This document shows, in pieces, positions 49,330 through 59,037 of a stretch of DNA of 64,000 nt. A model generated the notes under the pieces. It saw only the letters and a program-made list of their open reading frames with translations, ran no database searches and was not told the DNA's origin. Origin of the DNA: Alistipes sp. (GTDB lineage: Bacteria; Bacteroidota; Bacteroidia; Bacteroidales; Rikenellaceae); NCBI GenBank assembly GCA_029060215.1, contig JAIDUK010000035.1, positions 13,235 to 77,234 of the forward strand, read 5' to 3'. The stretch's first letter is position 1. The number at the start of each line of letters is the position of its first letter. Position numbers and translations under genes: made by a program.

Positions 49330-51680
49330 CCTGCAAAGCATTCCTTTTCGCCGCGGCTTTTCTCGCCTGCGCTTGCGGCGGCCCCCGCCGCGACGGCAAT
49401 ACGTTCCGGTTCGACGACCGGGGTATGGCCTGCGCCGTCGAATTCCGGTCCGGGAGGGCCGTGCGCATCCTCGTGCGGCCCGACAGCGCCCGGCTCGTCA
49501 CCCGCAGGCTCGTCACCGTCCCTGCTGACGCTCCCGTCGACGTGCGGTGCCGTTCCGACAGGGAGGGTTATCTGTTCCGTACTTCGCAGTTGGAGGTCCG
49601 CTACGACCGTGCGTCGGGGCGTTTCTCGTTCTTCGATCCCGCTTCCGAGCAGCCCTTGCTCGAAGAGGACGCGCGCTCGCTCGTGCCCGACACCGTCGGC
49701 GGCGAGGCTTGTTATGCCGTCGCGCAGTCGTTCCGCACTTCGCCCGACGAATCGCTCTTCGGGCTCGGGCAGTACCGCACCGGGCGCGTCGACCATAAGC
49801 GCGATACGGTGCTGCTCTTGCAGGCCAACAAGGAGATCGCCAACCCCTGCCTCGTCTCGTCGCGCGGTTACGGCTTGTTGTGGGACAATTATTCGGCCTC
49901 CGAGTTCCGCGACGGCGGCGACCGCTTCGAGTTCGTCTCCGAGGTGGGCGATGCCGTCGACTACTGGTTCGTGCGCGGCGACGACCCGGCCGATTGCGTG
50001 CGCGGCTACCGCGAGCTCACCGGGGCCGCTTCGCTGCCGCCCAAATGGGTCTTCGGCTTCTGGCAGTCGCGCGAGCGCTACAAGTCGTTCGACGAGCTCG
50101 AAAGCGTCGTGCAGGAGTTCCGCAGGCGGCGCATTCCCCTCGACGTCATCGTGCAGGACTGGGAGTATTGGGGCGACAGGCCGCAGTGGAATGCCCTCGG
50201 GTGGGATTCCGTGCGTTTTCCCGACCCCGCCGCCCGCATCGACCGCCTGCACAGGCATTACGGCGTCCGGCTCATGCTTTCGGTCTGGCCCGGGTTCGGG
50301 CCGCAGACGGCCGTTTACCGCGAGTTGGAGCAGGCCGGGGCGTTGTTCGACGAGCCTACGTGGGCCGGTTACAAGGTTTTCGACGCCTTCGATTCCGTGG
50401 GCCGCGACATCGTTTGGCGCCACTTCAGCCGCGGGCTCCTCTCTACCGGGGTCGACGGTTGGTGGATGGACGCCACCGAGCCCTCGTTCCGCGAGGGATT
50501 CACCCAGCGGCGGCAGGAGGCGCGTTCCAAGGCGGCCGGGCAGACCGCTTGGGGGCCTTTCCACCGCTACCTCAACGCCTATTCGCTCGTCTGGATGGCC
50601 GACCTCTACGGCCGCCTGCGCGCCGCGCAGCCCGATCGCAGACCTTTCCTCTTCACCCGGTCGGCTTTCGCCGGGCAGCAGCGCTTCGGCACCGCCGTCT
50701 GGTCGGGCGACGTCGTCGCTTCGTGGGACAGTTTCCGGCGGCAGCTCGCCGCCGGGGCGGGGCTCTCAGCTTCGGGTTTTCCGTGGTGGACTTTCGATGC
50801 GGGCGGGTTCTTCGTCAGCACCAACGGCGGACCCTATCCCCGCGGTCTGGCCGACCCCGACTACCTCGACCTCTACGCCCGCTGGTTCCAGTTCGCGGCG
50901 TTCCTGCCCATCTTCCGCGCCCACGGCACCGACGTGCCGCGCGAGCCGTGGCAGTTCGGCGGCGAGCAGAGCCTCTTCTACCGCAACCAGCTCAAGTACA
51001 TCGACCTGCGTTACCGCCTGATGCCTTTCATCTACTCCGCCGCCCGCCGCGTCGCCGCCGAGGACGCGTCCATGTTCGAGCCCCTCGGCATGGCTTTTCC
51101 CGCCGACCGTGCCGTCGCCGCGGCCGACGATTCCTACCTCTTCGGCGGGGCGCTGCTCGTGCGGCCCGTCTTCCGCCCCATGCCTGCCGGAGCCCGGCAG
51201 CAGCAGGTCGCCACCTTGTTGCCGCGCCACGAGGGGGCGTGGTGGTACGATTTCTTCACGGGTCGGGCTCACCGCGGCGGCGCATGCGTCGCCAAGGCTT
51301 GCGACCTCACCGAGTTGCCCCTCTATGTGCGCGGCGGCTCGATCGTGCCTCTCGGCGAGCCTAAGCAGTCCGTCATGGAGGGCCCCGACGAGCGGCTCGA
51401 AATCCGCATCTATGCCGGGGCCGACGCCCGTTTCGACCTCTACGACGATTCCGGCGACGGCTTCGGTTATCTCGACGGCCGCCATGCTCTTGTCCGTTTC
51501 GAGTGGGACGATGCCGCGTCCGTGCTGCGCATAGCCCGCCGCGAGGGGGCCTACGAGGGGATGGCTTGCGTGCAGGAGCTGACCCTGCGGCTGTTCCGCC
51601 CCGGCTGCGCTCCCGTCGTGCGGCAGGTCCGTTATTCCGGCGAGCCTTTGTCCGTTGCTTTTAACGATCCTATTTTATGA
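49326..51680 (+). CDS. GH31 alpha-glycosidase (alpha-xylosidase/glucosidase-like)
   Basis: GFWQSRERY, IVQDW, WWMDATEP, WSGDV, RWFQF...FRAHG. Start MTCKAF at 49326. Confidence 0.9.
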   Translation: MTCKAFLFAAAFLACACGGPRRDGNTFRFDDRGMACAVEFRSGRAVRILVRPDSARLVTRRLVTVPADAPVDVRCRSDREGYLFRTSQLEVRYDRASGRFSFFDPASEQPLLEEDARSLVPDTVGGEACYAVAQSFRTSPDESLFGLGQYRTGRVDHKRDTVLLLQANKEIANPCLVSSRGYGLLWDNYSASEFRDGGDRFEFVSEVGDAVDYWFVRGDDPADCVRGYRELTGAASLPPKWVFGFWQSRERYKSFDELESVVQEFRRRRIPLDVIVQDWEYWGDRPQWNALGWDSVRFPDPAARIDRLHRHYGVRLMLSVWPGFGPQTAVYRELEQAGALFDEPTWAGYKVFDAFDSVGRDIVWRHFSRGLLSTGVDGWWMDATEPSFREGFTQRRQEARSKAAGQTAWGPFHRYLNAYSLVWMADLYGRLRAAQPDRRPFLFTRSAFAGQQRFGTAVWSGDVVASWDSFRRQLAAGAGLSASGFPWWTFDAGGFFVSTNGGPYPRGLADPDYLDLYARWFQFAAFLPIFRAHGTDVPREPWQFGGEQSLFYRNQLKYIDLRYRLMPFIYSAARRVAAEDASMFEPLGMAFPADRAVAAADDSYLFGGALLVRPVFRPMPAGARQQQVATLLPRHEGAWWYDFFTGRAHRGGACVAKACDLTELPLYVRGGSIVPLGEPKQSVMEGPDERLEIRIYAGADARFDLYDDSGDGFGYLDGRHALVRFEWDDAASVLRIARREGAYEGMACVQELTLRLFRPGCAPVVRQVRYSGEPLSVAFNDPIL

Positions 51681-54307
51681 TACGATTCCTTTCCGTTCTG
51701 TTCTTCGCACTGATGCCGCTGGCGCCGCTCGCCGCCCGCGAGCGCTATACCATCAACGAGGCTTGGCGCTTCTCGAAAGGTTCGCCTTACGGGGCGTTCC
51801 TGCCCGGGGCCGACGATGCCGCGTGGGAGACGGTCGACATTCCCCACACGTGGAACGCCGCCGATGCCGACGACGACGAGCCCGGCTTCTATCGCGGCCC
51901 GGGGTGGTACCGCAAGCGTTTCTTCCTCTCCGAAGCCGCCGCGGCCGGGCAGGTCTACCTCTGTTTCGAGGGGGTCGACCAGTTCGCCTGCGTCTGGGTC
52001 AACGGCCATTTCGCCGGGAAGCATGCGGGCGGGTACACGCGTTTCGTCGTCGACATCACGCCGTTCGTCGCCCCGGGCGAGAACCTCGTGGCCGTCGAGG
52101 CCGACAACCGCCACGACCCCGACATGCCGCCCCTCTCGGCCGACTTCACCTTCTTCGGGGGCATCTACCGCGATGTCGGCCTTTTGCTCACCGATAAGAT
52201 CCACATCGCCCCCACCGACATGGCTTCTTCGGGCGTCTACCTCTCCACGCCCCGCGTCACGGCGCAGTCGGCCGAGGTCGACATCCGCACGCTGGTGGCC
52301 AACCGCTCCGGCCGCGAGGCCCGGGTGCGCGTCGAGCACCGCATCTTCGCCCCCGACGGTTCCGAGGCCGCCCGGGCGGAGCAGGAGTTTGTCGTTGCGC
52401 CCGGCCAGACCGCCGAGCCCCTTTGCCGGGGCATCCGCATTGCCGATCCGCAGCTGTGGGACCTCGACGCTCCCAACCTCTACCGTGTTCTCACGCGCAT
52501 AATCGACGCCGACGGCACCGAACTCGACTGCGTATCCGACCCGCTGGGGCTCCGGTGGTTCGAGTTCGATCCCGACAAGGGGTTCTCGCTCAACGGACGT
52601 CCGCGCAAACTGGTCGGCACCTGCCGCCATCAGGACTACGAAAGGCGCGGCTGGGCCCTCGCCGACGCCATGCACGAACGCGACATCCGCCTTTTGAAGC
52701 AGATGGGCGGCAATTTCCTGCGCGTTTCCCACTATCCGCAGGACCCCGTCGTGCTCGAAATGTGCGACAGGCTGGGCATTCTCGCGTCGGTCGAGATTCC
52801 CGTTGTCAACGCCGTCACCGAGAGCGACGCCTTCCTCGACAACTGCGTCCGCATGGTCCGCGAGATGATCCGGCAGGATTTCAACCACCCGTCGGTGATC
52901 ATTTGGGCCTACATGAACGAGGTCTTGCTTCGGCCGCCCTACAAGGATCCGGAGCGGCTGGCGACCTATTACAAGGCCGTCGAGCGCGTCGCCCGGGCCT
53001 TGGAGGATGCCGTGCGGGCCGAGGACCCCTCGCGCTATACCATGATGGCCTACCACAACGCGCCCGAAGCCTATGCCGCTGCCGGGCTCACCTGCATCCC
53101 CATGATTCAGGGCTGGAACCTCTATCAGGGGTGGTACGAAAAGGACATCACCCGGTTCGAGAAGATCCTCGACCGGCTCCACGCCGAGTATCCCGACAAG
53201 GTGCTGATGGTCACCGAGTACGGGGCCGACGTCGATCAGCGGGTCCACTCGTTCGCCCCCGAGCAGTTCGATTTTTCGCAGGAGTACGGGCTCGTCTATC
53301 ATCGGCATTACCTGCGCGAGATCATGCGGCGTCCGTTCGTCGCCGGGTCGTCGGTCTGGAACCTCAACAGCTTCTATTCCGAGCCGCGCGCCGACGCCGT
53401 GCCCCATGTCAACCTCAAGGGGCTCACCGGGCTCGACCGCGAACCCAAAGACACCTACCTTTTCTATAAGGCCCGGCTGGCCGGGCCGCAGCTGCTGATC
53501 GGCCATCGGCGCTGGGAGAACCGCGGCGGGGCCGACGACGGCCGGGGCCGCTCGACGCAGCCCGTTCCGGTCTTCTCCGACCGGCCGGCCGTCACGTTGT
53601 TCCACAACGGGCGCAAGCTCGCCACCAAGAAGCCCGAGGGCGGGGTGGCTATGTTCGACGTGCCGTTCGTCGACGGCGAAAACAGGCTCGTCGCCACGGC
53701 CGGGTCGCACACCGACGCCCTGACCGTCGATTTCCGCCTGATGAAGGCTTCGCCGCGCGAGTTCTCCGAGCTCTGCGTCATGTTGGGCTCGCCCCGCTAC
53801 TTCGACGACCGCACGGCCGGTACAGCGTGGATTCCCGAGCAGCCCTACAGCCCCGGCAGCTGGGGCTACGTCGGCGGACGTCCTCTGCGCCGCGAGGGTA
53901 CGGGGTGGCTCGGGTCGGCGGCCGACATCAAGGGCACCGACTGCAACGCCCTCTTCCAGACCCAGCGCGTCGGCATCGAGCAGTTCCGCGCCGACGTGCC
54001 CGACGGTACTTATTCCGTCTACTTCCATTGGGCCGAACTCGATGCCGAGGGCGAGCGCGAAGCCTTGGCCTACAACCTCGGGGCCGACGACGCCGGGACC
54101 TGTTACCGGGGGCGCCGTTTCGACGTGGCGATCAACGGTTCCAAACTGTTGGAGAATTTCTCCATCGCCGACGAAGCCGGGTTCGCCCGCGCCTTGGTCC
54201 GCAAGGCCGAGGTCGTGGTCCACGACGGGCAGGGCATCCGCATCGACTTTCTTCCCGTCGAGGGCGAACCCGTGCTGAACGCCATCCGCATCTACCGCAA
54301 CCATTGA
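51677..54307 (+). CDS. GH2 enzyme, probable beta-glucuronidase, with C-terminal malectin-like module
   Basis: RVSHYPQ, WAYMNE (acid/base), VTEYGAD (nucleophile), HVNLKGL (N-x-K-G motif associated with GUS enzymes), LFQTQR...HWAE...FDVAING. Confidence 0.85.
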   Translation: MIRFLSVLFFALMPLAPLAARERYTINEAWRFSKGSPYGAFLPGADDAAWETVDIPHTWNAADADDDEPGFYRGPGWYRKRFFLSEAAAAGQVYLCFEGVDQFACVWVNGHFAGKHAGGYTRFVVDITPFVAPGENLVAVEADNRHDPDMPPLSADFTFFGGIYRDVGLLLTDKIHIAPTDMASSGVYLSTPRVTAQSAEVDIRTLVANRSGREARVRVEHRIFAPDGSEAARAEQEFVVAPGQTAEPLCRGIRIADPQLWDLDAPNLYRVLTRIIDADGTELDCVSDPLGLRWFEFDPDKGFSLNGRPRKLVGTCRHQDYERRGWALADAMHERDIRLLKQMGGNFLRVSHYPQDPVVLEMCDRLGILASVEIPVVNAVTESDAFLDNCVRMVREMIRQDFNHPSVIIWAYMNEVLLRPPYKDPERLATYYKAVERVARALEDAVRAEDPSRYTMMAYHNAPEAYAAAGLTCIPMIQGWNLYQGWYEKDITRFEKILDRLHAEYPDKVLMVTEYGADVDQRVHSFAPEQFDFSQEYGLVYHRHYLREIMRRPFVAGSSVWNLNSFYSEPRADAVPHVNLKGLTGLDREPKDTYLFYKARLAGPQLLIGHRRWENRGGADDGRGRSTQPVPVFSDRPAVTLFHNGRKLATKKPEGGVAMFDVPFVDGENRLVATAGSHTDALTVDFRLMKASPREFSELCVMLGSPRYFDDRTAGTAWIPEQPYSPGSWGYVGGRPLRREGTGWLGSAADIKGTDCNALFQTQRVGIEQFRADVPDGTYSVYFHWAELDAEGEREALAYNLGADDAGTCYRGRRFDVAINGSKLLENFSIADEAGFARALVRKAEVVVHDGQGIRIDFLPVEGEPVLNAIRIYRNH

Positions 54308-54311
54308 CGCC

Positions 54312-55118
54312 ATGCGACGTTTCCTCTTCTTCGTTTTCGCTTGGTGCCTGCCCTCGGGGCTCGCCGCCCAGCCGCAGCGGTTGCAGATCGTGCTCTGCAT
54401 CGGGCAGTCCAACATGGCCGGGCGCGGGGCGTTCGACGCTGCTGCGCGCGATACCTTGCCCGGCGTCTTTCTGTTCAATGCCGACGGGTGTTTCGAACCT
54501 GCCGTCGAGCCTTTGAACCGTCATTCGTCGGTTCGCAAGGAGCTCTCCATGCAGCGCGTGGGGCCTGCGGGCAGTTTCGCCGCCGCCTTCGCCGCCGCGA
54601 CCGGGCGTCCCGTAGGGCTCGTCGTCAACGCGCGCGGCGGCAGTTCCATCGGCGAGTGGACAGGCTCCGACGGCCGCCTGCTCGATTCGGCGCTGGTCCG
54701 ACTGCGGGCTGCGCAGGAGTGGGGCGACGTGGTCGCCGTGTTGTGGCATCAGGGCGAAGCCGATGCCCGCCATCCGGAGCGCTACGAAGCCCGGTTGCGG
54801 GAGCTCGTCGGGCGCTTGCGTGCCGAAGTCGGTGACCCGCAGCTGCCGTTCGTCTTCGGCGAGATCGCCCGGTGGAACTGGACCGGGCGGCCCGAGGGTA
54901 CGGAGCCATTCAACGCCATGCTCCGCGCATTGCGGCTGCCTTATGCGGCCTGCGTTTCGTCCGAGGGCCTCGCACCCATGCGGGACGAGACCGATCCCCA
55001 TTTCTCGGCCGCCGGCCAGCGCGAACTGGGAGCCCGCTATGCTGCCGCGCTATTGCGGCTTCTGTCCGAAAACCAACAAAAAAACCAACGACAATATGAA
55101 CCTGTTAAAACGTTTTAG
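54312..55118 (+). CDS. SGNH acetyl esterase (SASA/CE6-like)
   Basis: CIGQSNMAGRG, ARGGSSI..W, WHQGEAD, D..HF. Confidence 0.85.
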   Translation: MRRFLFFVFAWCLPSGLAAQPQRLQIVLCIGQSNMAGRGAFDAAARDTLPGVFLFNADGCFEPAVEPLNRHSSVRKELSMQRVGPAGSFAAAFAAATGRPVGLVVNARGGSSIGEWTGSDGRLLDSALVRLRAAQEWGDVVAVLWHQGEADARHPERYEARLRELVGRLRAEVGDPQLPFVFGEIARWNWTGRPEGTEPFNAMLRALRLPYAACVSSEGLAPMRDETDPHFSAAGQRELGARYAAALLRLLSENQQKNQRQYEPVKTF

Positions 55119-55122
55119 CACC

Positions 55123-56724
55123 ATGAAGAAACCGATCCTTCCCATGCTTTGCGCGCTTTCCTGCGCGGCCCTTTTCGCCTGTGCCGACGACCCAGCCCCG
55201 GGCGCCGAAGAACGACCCGGACCCGGCGATCTGCCCGAATACACCTTCTCGCAGGTCGAATTCTGCCGACTGGTCAACGGCCAGTTCCGCGGCTGGACCG
55301 TTGCGGAGGCCATCGCCGGGGGCGAGATCGCCGACGCCACGCAGACCCGCACCGTGGAGGGCATGAACCGCTTCCGGCCTGTCGATTTCCATGTGGAAAC
55401 CCCGTGGGGCGGGCGGCTCGACGGCGGCGAACCTGTATCGGTGCGCGGCGCCGAGGGCTTTTTCCGGGTGGGCAAGGTCGACGGCCGCTGGTACTTCCTC
55501 GACCCCGACGGCGGGGCGGCGATTCTCCGCGGCACGCAACATGTCCATCCCTACGACATCGACGACGTACCCACGGCCGAACACGAGGCGGGCTACAAAG
55601 CCCGTTTTGCGTCCGACGCCGCATGGAGCGCCGAGACGGGCAACCTGCTTGCGGCCAACGGCTTCAACTACATCTCCTACGGAGCCAAGCGCATCGCCCG
55701 CTTCCCCGACGACATCCGCACCAACCTGCTTGCACCCGAACAAACGGTGCCCGGCTGCCTTACGGGCCGCCGCAAACTGGCCTACGGCGAGAACCTCTAC
55801 CTGCTGCGCACCTTCATGTGGGACATGACCACGAAGTTGGGCTATGACAAGAGTTTCGACACGGGCAAGTACAACCGGCTGGTGCTTGCCTTCGAACCCA
55901 AGTTCGAGGAATACATCGAGCAGCTGGCGCAGGAGAAATGCGCCCTGTTCCGCGACGACGAACATTTTGTCGGCTACTATCTGGACAACGAACTGCCTTT
56001 CGTGGCCTATGAGAACTCCAGCTCCACCCTCGGCATCGAACTCCGGCACTTCCTTTCGCTGCCCGACGACTACAGCGGAGCCCGCGACTTTGCGCAAGCC
56101 TTCATGACCCGCGAGGGGATCGCTTCGGAAGCCGCCATCACGGAAGTCCACCGCGAAAAATTCCGCGCCGAGGTGGCCGACCACTATTTCCGTGTCACGA
56201 CCGAAGCGGTCCGCAAAGCCGACCCCAACCACCTGATTCTGGGCGCGCGCCTGCACGACTGGAGCAAATATGCGCAGGGGATCGTGGAAGCCTGCGCCCG
56301 CTATTGCGACGTGGTGTCGCTCAACTACTATTCGCGCTGGCAACCCGAACCCGCCTACATGGACAACCTTGCGGCGTGGTGCGGCGAACGACCGTTCATC
56401 GTCTCCGAATTCTATGTCAAGGCGGCCGACGCCTCGTACAAGGGACGCCCCTATGTCAACACCGACGGCGGCGGCTGGCTGGTCCGCACCCAACGCAACC
56501 GCGGCGAATTCTACCAGAATTTCTGCCTGCGTCTGCTGGAGACGCGCCGCTGCGCGGGGTGGATGCACTTCGAATATGCCGACGGCTACAGCAGCGGCAA
56601 GGGCTCCAACAAAGGAGTGGTGTCGGTGGAATATCAACCCTATACCCAATATCTTGCGATGATGAAATCGCTGCACGACAACCTCTATGCGCTGGCATCC
56701 TACTACGATGCCGAAGAACGCTGA
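55123..56724 (+). CDS. Lipoprotein clan GH-A hydrolase, GH50/agarase-like
   Basis: Lipobox LFAC-ADD; GRWYFLDPDG, GYYLDNEL, DPNHLILGAR, FIVSEFY, GWMHFEY. Alternative start at 55096. Confidence 0.65.
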   Translation: MKKPILPMLCALSCAALFACADDPAPGAEERPGPGDLPEYTFSQVEFCRLVNGQFRGWTVAEAIAGGEIADATQTRTVEGMNRFRPVDFHVETPWGGRLDGGEPVSVRGAEGFFRVGKVDGRWYFLDPDGGAAILRGTQHVHPYDIDDVPTAEHEAGYKARFASDAAWSAETGNLLAANGFNYISYGAKRIARFPDDIRTNLLAPEQTVPGCLTGRRKLAYGENLYLLRTFMWDMTTKLGYDKSFDTGKYNRLVLAFEPKFEEYIEQLAQEKCALFRDDEHFVGYYLDNELPFVAYENSSSTLGIELRHFLSLPDDYSGARDFAQAFMTREGIASEAAITEVHREKFRAEVADHYFRVTTEAVRKADPNHLILGARLHDWSKYAQGIVEACARYCDVVSLNYYSRWQPEPAYMDNLAAWCGERPFIVSEFYVKAADASYKGRPYVNTDGGGWLVRTQRNRGEFYQNFCLRLLETRRCAGWMHFEYADGYSSGKGSNKGVVSVEYQPYTQYLAMMKSLHDNLYALASYYDAEER

Positions 56725-56792
56725 CCCATCCGGTGCCCCGAACGCGGAGCGGCCTGCGGTCCGGCGCAGTCGGACGACAGGCCGCGAAACGA

Positions 56793-56826
56793 GGCGGGCC
56801 GGGGATTTCCCCCGGCCCGCCTTTCT
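56793..56826. terminator. Terminator between the PUL and buk
   Basis: Stem GGCGGGCCGGGG/CCCCGGCCCGCC followed by TTTCT, between convergent genes. Confidence 0.75.
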
Positions 56827-56841
56827 AATTGGACGAAGCGA

Positions 56842-57915
56842 GTGCCGCTACATGTATTTCTTGGGCTCGATGATGCCGCGAAGCACCACCAACGCATTGA
56901 TGGCCAAGGCCTCCAACTCGTTCTCACCGGGGTAGACCGACACCGGAGCGATGAACGAACAACGCTGACGGATAGCCTCGACGATGGACTCGTTGTAAGC
57001 GATGCCGCCTGTCAACAAGACGCCGTCGACCTTTCCGGCCATGGCGGCCGCCATGGCGCCGATCTGCTTGGCAATGTTGTAACACATGGCGTCGAGCACC
57101 TTGGCGGCCCGCTGGTCGCCCTGCCCGATGCGCTCCATGACCTGAATCACGGAATTGGTGCCGAGCAACGCCACCAAACCGCCCTTGCTCGAAATGAACT
57201 TCAACAATTCGTCCTTGGTGTATTTGCCCGAAAAACAAACCTTGATCAACTCGGCCGAGGGGATGTTGCCTGCGCGATCGGGAGCGAACGGCCCGTCGCC
57301 GTCCAACGCGTTGTTCACGTCGACGATGCGCCCCTGCCGGTGGGCCGCCACGGAGATCCCGCCGCCCATGTGGGCCACGACGAGATTCGACTGCTCGTAG
57401 ACGAGACCCTTGCGCTGGCAATGCAAACGAGCGATGGCTTTCTGGTTGAGCGCGTGGAAGATGGGCTTGCGCGGGCACATCGGCATGCCGGTGATGCGGG
57501 CCACGTCGTCCATCTCATCCACCACGGGCGGGTCGGCAATGTAAGCCTTGACCTTGGCCATGTGGGCGATCTGTGCCGCGAGCAATCCGCCCAAATTGCA
57601 CGCGTGTTTCATCTGAGCGTTGCGCAAGTCGTAACGCATGCGCGAATTGACCTCGTAGACGCCTGCCGGCACGGGGCGGATCAAACCGCCGCGGCCGATG
57701 ACGGCCGACAACTCCTTGAGGTCGAAGCCATTGCTGCGCAGGCTTTCGAGGATCAGTCCGCGGCGCCAGTCGAGCTGGTCGATGACATCCGTAAAACGCG
57801 AAACCTCTTCGGTCGAGTGGCGCAACGTCAGTTCCAACAAAGGCTGCTCGTCGTCGTAGAGGGCGAGCTTCGTGGAAGTGGAGCCGGGATTCAAAGCTAA
57901 AATCTTGTAGCCCAT
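56842..57915 (-). CDS. buk: Butyrate kinase
   Basis: ILALNPGSTSTK, GRGGL, HACNLG, FHALNQKA, HMGGGIS, PGENELEAL. Start at 57915. Confidence 0.93.
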
Positions 57916-58052
57916 AAATGTCTCGGTTCTTGGGGGTGAGTGGTCCGGGTTTTCGGGGCCCGGGCGCCCGTTGCCGCACCGGTGCGGCGTCTGCGGCAGC
58001 GGCCGGGTTCCGACCGCAGAGGAAGGAACCCGGGGCAAACCGCAAACAACTC

Positions 58053-58958
58053 TTATTTGGCGGCCAAGCAGGCCAGCGCGATCGAATAGAGCTTGGTCTT
58101 GCTGCTGTCGCCGCGCGAGGTGAGCACGCACGGAACCTTGGTACCCATGACCATGGCGGCCAACTCGCCGCCGCACAAATGGGTGGTCGACTTGAAGAAG
58201 ACGTTGGCCGACTCGATGTTGGGGAAGAGCAGGCAATCGGGGTCTCCGGCCACGGCCGAACCCTTGACCTTCTTGTGCTCGGCGACCTCCTTGAACAAAG
58301 CCACGTCGAGCGACAACGGACCGTCGACGACGACGTTGCCCAACTGTCCGCGGTCGCCCATCTTGGCGAGCAACGCACCCTCCGACGAGGAGATCACGTT
58401 GGGCAGCACCTGCTCCGACGGAGCGATGCAAGCGATCTTCGGGGTCTTGATGCCCAACAAGTTGGCGGTCTGAGCCAGATAAGCGATCTGCTTCATCTTC
58501 TGCTTGAAATCGGGTAGGGGAATCACCGCCACGTCCGACATGATGAGCAACTTGTGGTAACAAGGCATCTCGGAGATCGACACGTGGCTCAACACGCCTT
58601 TCGGGGGGAAGAGACCCGCATCCTTGTTGAGAATCCCGCGCATGTACTTGTCGGTGGAGACCAAACCCTTCATGAGGACGTCGGCATTGCCTGCGACGAC
58701 GGCCGCCACGGCCTGCTGCACGCACTTCACGTCGCTTTTCTCGTCGACGATGTTGAAAGCCTTGATGTCGATGTTGTGCTCGCGGCACACCTGCTCGATG
58801 ACGGCCTTCTCGCCGAAGAGCGTAGGCTCTACCAAACCCTCCTTGTAGGCTTCGTAGACCGCTTCCAGTGTGTGCGAATCCTGACCGTAGGCCACGGCCA
58901 GCCGTTTGCGGCCCTTCTTTCTGGCCTCTTCGACGATTTCCGTAAGATGTTGAATCAT
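58053..58958 (-). CDS. ptb: Phosphate butyryl/acyltransferase
   Basis: LMKGLV, MSDVAVIP, VDGPLSLD, LFPNIESAN, LTSRGDS; lies next to buk. Confidence 0.85.
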   Translation of the reverse strand: MIQHLTEIVEEARKKGRKRLAVAYGQDSHTLEAVYEAYKEGLVEPTLFGEKAVIEQVCREHNIDIKAFNIVDEKSDVKCVQQAVAAVVAGNADVLMKGLVSTDKYMRGILNKDAGLFPPKGVLSHVSISEMPCYHKLLIMSDVAVIPLPDFKQKMKQIAYLAQTANLLGIKTPKIACIAPSEQVLPNVISSSEGALLAKMGDRGQLGNVVVDGPLSLDVALFKEVAEHKKVKGSAVAGDPDCLLFPNIESANVFFKSTTHLCGGELAAMVMGTKVPCVLTSRGDSSKTKLYSIALACLAAK

Positions 58959-59037
58959 GGTTGTTTGTTTTGGTTTTATGCCTTTGCCGGAACGATGCGA
59001 CCGGCGCAACAATTCATCGTTCGCTATTGATTATTCG

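Noticed and set aside
40625-54478. Very long antisense ORFs (for example 40625-43921, 43764-45323, 51632-54478)
   Set aside because: Expected shadow frames opposite real genes in high-GC DNA; no recognisable motifs.
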